In this document: in pieces, positions 17,584-24,313 of the stretch
How positions within the stretch are numbered: position 1 is the first letter of the stretch
Layout of the letters: every line of letters begins with the position of its first letter
From: an uncultured Pseudomonadota bacterium
GTDB lineage: Bacteria > BMS3Abin14
Assembly (NCBI GenBank): GCA_964454175.1
Contig: CAYVSA010000013.1
Span: forward strand, 15,254-39,566
Length of the DNA: 24,313 nt
Reading direction: 5' to 3'
Translations under genes and position numbers: made by a program
The notes under the pieces: generated by a model
The model's input: only the letters and a program-made list of their open reading frames with translations
Database searches by the model: none
What the model was told of the DNA's origin: nothing

Positions 17584-19239
17584 ATGACAGACATAAAAAA
17601 AGCAAAAGCAAGGTGGGAAAAGGAGACCTTAAAGCCCGCGCTGGAAAAAAGCCCGGAACGCAAGGAAGAGTTTTCCACCCTTTCCGGGATGGTTCTGGAG
17701 CCGGTGTACGCGCCGGGGGACATTGAGGACCTCGACTACTCTGCCGATCTCGGATTCCCTGGAGAGTACCCCTACACCCGCGGGGTCAGGCCCACAATGT
17801 ATCGCGGGCGGTTCTGGACGATGCGCCAGTACGCGGGGTTTGGAACGGCCCAGGAATCAAACGAGCGCTACCGCTATCTCCTGGACCAGGGGCAGACTGG
17901 CCTTTCCGTGGCTTTCGACCTGCCTACACAGATGGGTTATGATTCGGACCACCCCATGTCTCAGGGCGAAGTGGGGAGGGTAGGGGTTGCCATTGATTCA
18001 TTGGAAGACGTGGAAACTCTCTTTTCAGGCATCCCCCTCGAAAAAGTCAGTACTTCCATGACCATCAATTCAACTGCCTCAGTACTGCTGTCACTTTACG
18101 CAGAGGCGGGTGCCATCCAGGGGGTTGATGCCGACAGGCTCAGGGGAACCATCCAGAACGATGTCCTGAAGGAGTACATCGCGAGGGGCACGTATATTTT
18201 TCCTCCCACACCCTCAATGCGGATAATTACAGATATATTTGCTTACTGCAGCGATCAGATGCCGCTCTTTAACACCATCAGTATCAGCGGCTACCATATG
18301 AGGGAGGCGGGTTCCACGGCAGTCCAGGAAGTGGCCTTCACCCTGGCAGACGGCATCGCCTATGTCCAGGCGGCCATTGATAAAGGTCTTGATATTGATG
18401 ACTTTGCAGCGCGCCTTTCGTTCTTTTTCAATGTCCACAACGATTTTCTCGAAGAGATCGCCAAATTCAGGGCTGCAAGGAAGATCTGGGCGGACATAAT
18501 GCGGAACCGCTTTGGAGCAAAAAAGCCTTCATCATGGATGCTGCGCTTCCACACCCAGACCGCAGGCTGTTCGCTGACGGCTCAGCAGCCGGAAAACAAT
18601 GTGGTGAGGGTCGCCTTGCAGGCGTTGGCGGCGGTTCTGGGGGGGACCCAGTCCCTCCACACGAACTCAAGAGACGAGGCCCTGGCACTCCCCACTGAGG
18701 AGTCCGTGAGGATAGCCCTGAGGACACAGCAGCTGATAGCCCACGAGAGCGGCGTCACCGGCACAGTAGATCCCATGGCAGGGTCCTATGCTGTCGAAGC
18801 TCTTACCAGTACGATCGAAAGGGGTGCCGCGGAGTACATCCGCCGCATCGATGAGGCAGGGGGCGCCGTGAATGCCATCGAGGCGGGTTTCCAGCAAAGG
18901 GAGATCGAGGAATCAGCCTACCGGTACCAGATGGACATAGAATCGGAGAAGCAGATAGTGGTGGGTGTAAACGCCTTCACCGTGGAAGATGAACAGCAGG
19001 AAGGTGAGCTCCTGCGCGTTGATCCGGCAGTCGAAAAGGCTCAGGTGGAAAGACTCCGGAGTCTGAAAACCCGGAGGAACGAAAAGGACGTCCAGTCAGC
19101 ACTGCGGTCACTAAAGGACACAGCCTCCGGCGATGGCAACCTGATGCCGGTTATCAGGGAGGCGGTCAGGAAGTACGCTACGTTGGGGGAGATCAGTGAT
19201 GTGCTTAGGGAGGTCTTCGGGGTGTTTCGGCCGCATTAG
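17584..19239 (+). CDS. Methylmalonyl-CoA mutase, substrate-binding (large) subunit only
   Basis: [44 protein letters not shown] and GGTQSLHTN motifs; the protein ends without a DxHxxG cobalamin domain. Confidence 0.93.
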   Translation: MTDIKKAKARWEKETLKPALEKSPERKEEFSTLSGMVLEPVYAPGDIEDLDYSADLGFPGEYPYTRGVRPTMYRGRFWTMRQYAGFGTAQESNERYRYLLDQGQTGLSVAFDLPTQMGYDSDHPMSQGEVGRVGVAIDSLEDVETLFSGIPLEKVSTSMTINSTASVLLSLYAEAGAIQGVDADRLRGTIQNDVLKEYIARGTYIFPPTPSMRIITDIFAYCSDQMPLFNTISISGYHMREAGSTAVQEVAFTLADGIAYVQAAIDKGLDIDDFAARLSFFFNVHNDFLEEIAKFRAARKIWADIMRNRFGAKKPSSWMLRFHTQTAGCSLTAQQPENNVVRVALQALAAVLGGTQSLHTNSRDEALALPTEESVRIALRTQQLIAHESGVTGTVDPMAGSYAVEALTSTIERGAAEYIRRIDEAGGAVNAIEAGFQQREIEESAYRYQMDIESEKQIVVGVNAFTVEDEQQEGELLRVDPAVEKAQVERLRSLKTRRNEKDVQSALRSLKDTASGDGNLMPVIREAVRKYATLGEISDVLREVFGVFRPH

Positions 19240-19249
19240 ATTGTTGGGG

Positions 19250-19372
19250 GGGCGTCCAGTAACGGGCTATCTACGGCGTTCTCAGTCGTAGCCAGTCCTC
19301 GAAGTATGTCCCATATACGTCTCCGGCTGGCTTCTCCCTGCGGCCTTGTAGCTGGCCCGTTCTTGAACGCCC
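19250..19372. repeat. Structured repeat family B, copy 2 (core 19261-19361)
   Basis: Homologous to 13074-13174; outer stem extended by gggcgt/acgccc. Confidence 0.9.
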
Positions 19373-19398
19373 TGGAAAAACATTCATGGAGGAATCGA

Positions 19399-19812
19399 AT
19401 GAACAATCCCACACTAGATCATATAGGGATAGCGGTAGATGATCTCGATGCTGCCATCGAGCTGTATCGCGACAAGCTGGGTTTTGAAGTCGGAGGCGTC
19501 GAAGATGTCCCCGGATTTGGTGTGAAAGTCGCCTTTCTTCCAATGGGGGAGGGTCAGGTGGAGCTGGTCATGCCGATAACACCAGACAGCGCCATGGCAA
19601 AGTTTCTTGGCAAGAGAGGCCCCGGCTTCCACCACCTGTGTTTCGAGGTGCCGGATATCCGCGCTGAGCTTGCCAGGCTAAGGGATCTGGGTGTCGAGGC
19701 TGTGGACAGCGAGCCCAGAGAAGGTGCCCACGGTACTCTCGTAGCGTTCCTGCACCCGAAGAGCACGGGGGGAGTGCTGATAGAGTTGGTGCAAAAAAAT
19801 GACCTCGTCTAA
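19399..19812 (+). CDS. mce: Methylmalonyl-CoA epimerase (VOC family)
   Basis: DHIGIAV, GPGFHHLCFEV and FLHPKSTGGVLIELVQ motifs; start reassigned to ATG 19399 after GGAGG. Confidence 0.93.
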   Translation: MNNPTLDHIGIAVDDLDAAIELYRDKLGFEVGGVEDVPGFGVKVAFLPMGEGQVELVMPITPDSAMAKFLGKRGPGFHHLCFEVPDIRAELARLRDLGVEAVDSEPREGAHGTLVAFLHPKSTGGVLIELVQKNDLV

Positions 19813-19862
19813 TGTCCAACGTCCGATGACCAACGTTAAACATTGAACATTGAACGTTAAAC
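19807..19862. repeat. Heptamer tandem repeat (eight degenerate units)
   Basis: gtctaat gtccaac gtccgat gaccaac gttaaac attgaac attgaac gttaaac. Confidence 0.8.
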
Positions 19863-19882
19863 GCGATACACGATCACAGTCA

Positions 19883-19912
19883 TTGACAAATCTCACAAAA
19901 TCCTGTTATCTC
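19883..19912 (+). promoter_or_regulatory. Putative sigma70 promoter for the glycosylation operon
   Basis: TTGACA-18 bp-TATCTC with an extended TG at 19904-19905. Confidence 0.5.
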
Positions 19913-19920
19913 AATAGCTT

Positions 19921-20892
19921 ATGGAAACTGATGCCAGAGCAGGTGTTGAGATATCTGTCGTTGTCCCCGTCTACAACGAAGTGGAAAATGTTCCTGAACT
20001 GGTGGAAAGGACGCTGGCCGTCCTGTCCGGGATGGGACGCCCTCACGAGCTGATCCTTGTAGATGACGGCAGTACTGATGGCAGTGAAGCCCTTTATTCT
20101 TCTCTGGCACACTCCCTAAAACCCCTGAAAGTTGTCCGTTTCGCCCGTAACTACGGCCAGACAGCTGCTTTTGCAGCTGGATTTGACCTGGCCGAGGGCG
20201 AAATTATTGTGACGATGGACGGAGATCTCCAGAATCCTCCGGAGGAGATCCCGAAGGTGGTGGAAAAGCTCGAGGCCGAGGGACTGGATATGGTGAGCGG
20301 ATGGAGAAAAGACCGCAAGGACAGGGCCCTTTCCAGGAAACTGCCTTCCTTTGTTGCCAACAGGATAATAAGCAGGATAACCGGGGTTAAGCTCAACGAT
20401 TACGGTTGCTCTCTGAAAGCTTACAGACGAGATGTCCTCGGGCGGGTTCAGCTTTACGGTGAGCTTCACAGGTTTATACCGGTGCTGGTGAGCATGGAGG
20501 GCGGAAAAATTGCTGAAGTCCCGGTCAGGCATGAAGCCAGGACCAGGGGTCAGAGCAAATACGGCATCATGCGTACCTACAGGGTGGTAATGGACCTGCT
20601 GACTGTAACTTTTTTGAAACAGTACGGAGACAGACCCCAGCACGCATTCGGTTTCTTCGGTGTGCTCCTGCTCGTTACCGGTTTCCTTATAGACGGATAT
20701 CTGGCCCTGCTCAAGCTCATCGGAGGGGTGGATATCGGCACAAGACCACTTCTTCTCCTGGGCACCCTGATGATAATAGCCGGGATACAGCTCCTGTCCA
20801 TAGGGCTGCTGTCAGAGGTCCTTGCCCGCACCTACTATGAATCCCAGGATAAATCCCGTTACAGGATCAAGGAAATTGTCGGAGGTAAGTAG
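19921..20892 (+). CDS. GT2 polyprenyl-phosphate glycosyltransferase (ArnC/GtrB-like)
   Basis: VVVPVYNE, VDDGSTDGS, RNYGQTAA, MDGDLQNPP and ELHRFIP motifs; two C-terminal hydrophobic helices. Confidence 0.9.
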   Translation: METDARAGVEISVVVPVYNEVENVPELVERTLAVLSGMGRPHELILVDDGSTDGSEALYSSLAHSLKPLKVVRFARNYGQTAAFAAGFDLAEGEIIVTMDGDLQNPPEEIPKVVEKLEAEGLDMVSGWRKDRKDRALSRKLPSFVANRIISRITGVKLNDYGCSLKAYRRDVLGRVQLYGELHRFIPVLVSMEGGKIAEVPVRHEARTRGQSKYGIMRTYRVVMDLLTVTFLKQYGDRPQHAFGFFGVLLLVTGFLIDGYLALLKLIGGVDIGTRPLLLLGTLMIIAGIQLLSIGLLSEVLARTYYESQDKSRYRIKEIVGGK

Positions 20893-21826
20893 TAAAAAGA
20901 CAGCCCTGTTCCTGGCAAAAGTAACGGTCAGTGCCCTTGCGGTGGGATTTCTTCTGTCAAGGCTCGATCTGGGCCACTCCTTCGGTTTCCTTGTCGACAG
21001 CAATAAGGCCCTGTGGTTGGGGGCCCTTGCGGCCCTCATAGCCTCACAGGTTATTAGCACGCGCAGGTGGCAGCTGCTCATGGAGCCCCTGGATTTTAAC
21101 TTCGACTGGTTTCGCGTGTTCAAGATCTATTTCACCGGGATGTTTTTTTCCCTTTTCCTGCCCACCGTAGTGGGTGGCGACGCGGTCAAGACGTACTACA
21201 TCGCCGAGAGTATGAAAAGGGCGCCAGCGGCATTTTATACAACCCTGGCCGACCGTGTCATCGGGATGGCTGGTCAGCAGGTATTCACCCTGGCTGGACT
21301 TATCTTTGTCTGGGGATATCTGCCCCTGTGGCTCGGAGCAGGGCTGGCTGGTTTTGTCTTTGTGTTCTACTTCGTCCTTGTATTTTTACCCTGGTTCATT
21401 AACCCGATCCTGCATCTGGTAAAAAAGTTAAGGGATATACCCAGGGAGAAGCTTTTCGTTTACTGGAATAGACCGCAGGTTGCGGCAAGAGCCCTGGGGC
21501 TGTCCCTCGCAATTCACGCAGGTGTTGTGATCTCACACCTGCTGATGGGAGCCGCACTGGGTCTATCAGTCCCCATGGCGGCCTGGATGGTTATCTACCC
21601 GGTGTCGGCAATTGCCGCAACGATTCCCCTGAGTCTCAACGGTATAGGTCTGCGGGAGGCCGCCTACGTGTACATGCTGGGTTTTTTCGGTGTTGCCAGG
21701 GAGGAGGCATTCGCACTGGCAGTCATGTGGTTCTCTATTGTGCTCTTAAACGGTGCCCTGGGAGGGATACCCTACGTTTTCGGGGGCCGTCTGAAACCGG
21801 AAGTTCTGAGAGAAGACCTTTCCTGA
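20876..21826 (+). CDS. Flippase-like membrane protein (lysylphosphatidylglycerol synthase TM / UPF0104 family)
   Basis: RRWQLL, LPTVVGGDAVK, LADRVIG and IPLSLNGIGLRE motifs; multiple TM segments. Start uncertain (TTG 20876 or ATG 20837). Confidence 0.8.
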   Translation: MSEVSSKKTALFLAKVTVSALAVGFLLSRLDLGHSFGFLVDSNKALWLGALAALIASQVISTRRWQLLMEPLDFNFDWFRVFKIYFTGMFFSLFLPTVVGGDAVKTYYIAESMKRAPAAFYTTLADRVIGMAGQQVFTLAGLIFVWGYLPLWLGAGLAGFVFVFYFVLVFLPWFINPILHLVKKLRDIPREKLFVYWNRPQVAARALGLSLAIHAGVVISHLLMGAALGLSVPMAAWMVIYPVSAIAATIPLSLNGIGLREAAYVYMLGFFGVAREEAFALAVMWFSIVLLNGALGGIPYVFGGRLKPEVLREDLS

Positions 21827-21838
21827 GGTGTGCATCAT

Positions 21839-22621
21839 ATGAGCAGCTCTTTCGCGACAGTTCAAAGGTTCATGAGCAGCACAGTGATAAGGATGTCTGC
21901 GGCCCTTCTTGGAGCCGCGGGCCTTGTCTGGCTCCTCAATAAGCCGCTTTTCTCTTTACTCAATGGTTCCTGGGGTGCGGTTCCCGACAGCGTTATGCTC
22001 TCTGTGACCCACTTGGGAAATGGCGTTGTCGCAGCCCTCATTTTTTGTCTCCTGGCGCCTTTCAGGAAAGATATCACCGTAAGGGCCATACTGGCGATCA
22101 TCCTTGCCGGCATCATCACCAGCATCGTGAAGGAACTGGTGTCTTCTCCGCGCCCCCCGTCAGTATTGGGTGAAGGGGCATTCGTCCTTGGGCCCGTACT
22201 GAGGGGCAACTCTTTTCCATCAGGTCACACAGCTACTGCTTTTGCGGCTGCATTTTCCTTAAGGCCCCTGGCGCCCTGGTGGGTGTATCGCCTGGCAGTG
22301 GGTGCAGCAGCAGCGGTGGGTTTTTCCAGGATCTATATAGGGGCCCACTTTCCCCTGGACGCGTTTTTCGGCGCGGCTGCAGGGTGGATCGCTGCCTGGG
22401 CAGTACTCCATGGATTTGAGGGTATTTCAGCCAGGCTGGAAAGGACTGGAAGGGTTGGGGACAGAGTCTACCTGGCCCTGGCAGCGGCCTCAGGCGTATG
22501 GCTTTTACTTTTCGAGCCCATGACAGCGTATAACCCCTATGTATTGAGGTCTGCAGGGGCTGCGGGCATTATCCTGGCCTTAATAATGCTTGCCATGAAC
22601 CTCAAGAGTGCAAAGCGGTGA
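21839..22621 (+). CDS. PAP2 family membrane phosphatase
   Basis: C1 K-x6-RP (KELVSSPRP), C2 SFPSGH and C3 SRIYIGAHFPLD; start uncertain (21830, 21839 or 21872). Confidence 0.88.
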   Translation: MSSSFATVQRFMSSTVIRMSAALLGAAGLVWLLNKPLFSLLNGSWGAVPDSVMLSVTHLGNGVVAALIFCLLAPFRKDITVRAILAIILAGIITSIVKELVSSPRPPSVLGEGAFVLGPVLRGNSFPSGHTATAFAAAFSLRPLAPWWVYRLAVGAAAAVGFSRIYIGAHFPLDAFFGAAAGWIAAWAVLHGFEGISARLERTGRVGDRVYLALAAASGVWLLLFEPMTAYNPYVLRSAGAAGIILALIMLAMNLKSAKR

Positions 22622-24216
22622 GATCCATCCAATATCATATTTTTCTCACAGTTTTGTGTCTGGCACTGTTCTTTGCCGGGCTGGGCTCAACCCCGCTGTG
22701 GGATATCGATGAGACGAGTAACGCCCGTGCAGCCGTAGAGATGGCAGAGCGAGGTGACCTTGTTGTGCCGACTCTGAACGGCGAGCTTCGCACTGACAAG
22801 CCGCCCCTGCACTACTGGCTGATGATGGCGTCTTTTTCAGTTTTCGGCCAGAATGAGTTTGCCGCCAGGTTCTTTGCTGGCCTGTTCGGGCTCTTGACAG
22901 TACTGCTCGTGGCCGAGGTGGGAAACAGGATCCTTGGAACCACCGGGGGGTTCGTTTCCGGACTGGTACTTGCCGTGTCTTTCCTCTTTACCGTCTCGTC
23001 AAGGTCGGCCACCACGGATGCTTTTCTTGTCTTCTTTACGAACCTCGCAGTTCTTTCGGCTTTTTTTGCCCCGCGAAAGCCCATTATGGGAGTAATTTCA
23101 TGGGCAAGTATGGGATTTGCCGTCCTGGCCAAGGGACCGGCCGGGATCGTGCTTCCTCTCGGTGCCCTGGTTGTGTTCTGTCTCCTGGACAGGAGTGGGG
23201 AATTTACGCTGATGAGGCTTTTTAACCCGGTGGGCATCCTTATCTTCCTTGCCATTGCTGTTCCCTGGTATGTGATTGCATCGGCCAGAACGGGAGGGGA
23301 TCTTGTTGCCGGGTTTTTCATGAAACACAACGTGGCAAGGTTCTTAAAACCGATGGAAAGCCACAGTGGACCGATCTACTACTACGTGCTGGTCCTCCTT
23401 GCGGGTTTTTTCCCGTGGGCAGGATTCCTGCCACAGGGTTTCAGGTCAACTCTGCGGCTGAAGCGCGCCGCAGGCGCTCACGCCGGGTTCGGGGTGCTCC
23501 TTATCACATGGGCCCTGACCGTGATACTGTTCTTTACAGCTGCCAGGACCAAGCTTCCGACTTACATACTGCCGGTTTTCCCTGCCTTAAGCCTCATGAT
23601 CGGCGCTTTGGCATCCTCCCTGGAGGGTTCCCGCACTGGTCGAAACAGAGGCCTTTCAGCCTCCTGGTTTTCTGCTTTTCTGCCTGCAGTCTTCTACCCG
23701 GCAGTGATATTTTATCTTTTCAATGCACGCGTCCCTGAGCTTTCGCCCTATTTTCTGGCTGGGATCCCAATGCTCCTGGCACCCATAATGGGGACAGTGT
23801 TGTATTTGAGGGGCACCCCCGTTAGAGCATTCAAGTGGGCTGCCTACGGCGCGGCGATCGGAGTGCTGGGCATCCACCTGGTGGCGGCACCTGCCCTGGA
23901 GGGTGCCAGAATGGCGCCTGCAGCGGGAAAGGCGGTGGCACAGGCTGCGTCAACCGGCGATGCCATGGCCGTTTACGGATACTTCAGACCGGGGGTGCTG
24001 TTTTACGCCGGGCGCAACTCGGTGTGGATCGGCAGCGAAACTGACCTGGCCGAATTTGTTGACCGGCCCGATGGCAGGTTCCTGGTGGCCCTGGAGGAGA
24101 AATACAGCGCTTTACCCGGAACGCTGAAGAACAGGTTCCGGATCCTGGAGCGCGGTCTCGACGCAGCTGACTCTAATAAGGTAATAGTCGTTGCGGAGAG
24201 GATAGATGGAGTGTAG
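22618..24216 (+). CDS. ArnT-like GT-C membrane glycosyltransferase
   Basis: WDIDE..A.EM, DKPPLHYW, EFAAR, LAKGP, PWY, FFPW and KLPTYILP motifs; GTGA start/stop overlap with the PAP2 gene. Confidence 0.87.
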   Translation: MRSIQYHIFLTVLCLALFFAGLGSTPLWDIDETSNARAAVEMAERGDLVVPTLNGELRTDKPPLHYWLMMASFSVFGQNEFAARFFAGLFGLLTVLLVAEVGNRILGTTGGFVSGLVLAVSFLFTVSSRSATTDAFLVFFTNLAVLSAFFAPRKPIMGVISWASMGFAVLAKGPAGIVLPLGALVVFCLLDRSGEFTLMRLFNPVGILIFLAIAVPWYVIASARTGGDLVAGFFMKHNVARFLKPMESHSGPIYYYVLVLLAGFFPWAGFLPQGFRSTLRLKRAAGAHAGFGVLLITWALTVILFFTAARTKLPTYILPVFPALSLMIGALASSLEGSRTGRNRGLSASWFSAFLPAVFYPAVIFYLFNARVPELSPYFLAGIPMLLAPIMGTVLYLRGTPVRAFKWAAYGAAIGVLGIHLVAAPALEGARMAPAAGKAVAQAASTGDAMAVYGYFRPGVLFYAGRNSVWIGSETDLAEFVDRPDGRFLVALEEKYSALPGTLKNRFRILERGLDAADSNKVIVVAERIDGV

Positions 24217-24217
24217 G

Positions 24218-24305
24218 TTCAGTCCAAGGTCCAAGGTCAACAATCGATTTGGATATTGGATTATTGGTAATTGTTCATAGGCCATGGGTCCTGGGACTTT
24301 GGACC
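24218..24305. repeat. Heptamer arrays in inverted arrangement
   Basis: gtccaag gtccaag gtcaa ... ttggata ttggatt ... gtcctgggactttggac. Confidence 0.65.
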
Positions 24306-24313
24306 GCACGCAT

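Noticed and set aside
17372-17587. 71-aa ORF bridging the biotin carrier and mutase genes
   Set aside because: Composed almost entirely of palindromic and heptamer repeats; low-complexity translation.
663-22621. Selenocysteine readthrough or programmed frameshifts at TGA-ending genes
   Set aside because: The TGA-terminated proteins appear full length for their families, and no split reading frames were seen.

Overview
All recognisable genes in this 24.3-kb bacterial window lie on the + strand; gene content suggests an anaerobic deltaproteobacterium-like organism (inference). Block 1 (60-13045) is an amino-acid/aryl-acyl-CoA region: nitroreductase, M24 peptidase, phenylacetate-CoA ligase-like enzyme, an unknown ORF, a GctA/GctB-like CoA-transferase, a second unknown ORF, a TPR protein, two tandem IclR regulators, an isochorismatase-family hydrolase and IorA/IorB. 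Block 2 (13724-19812) is a methylmalonyl-CoA module: carboxyltransferase, biotin carboxylase, biotin carrier, a mutase large subunit lacking the B12 domain, and an epimerase. Block 3 (19921-24216) is an envelope glycosylation module: GT2, a flippase-like protein, PAP2 and an ArnT-like transferase. The most unusual content is intergenic: two dispersed ~100-bp structured repeat families with compensatory base changes, other REP-like hairpins, heptamer microsatellites including an aligned pair differing by five units, a candidate minus-strand small RNA, and long structured 5' leaders. No CRISPR array, tRNA, rRNA or transposase was seen. All calls are by eye, without database searches.
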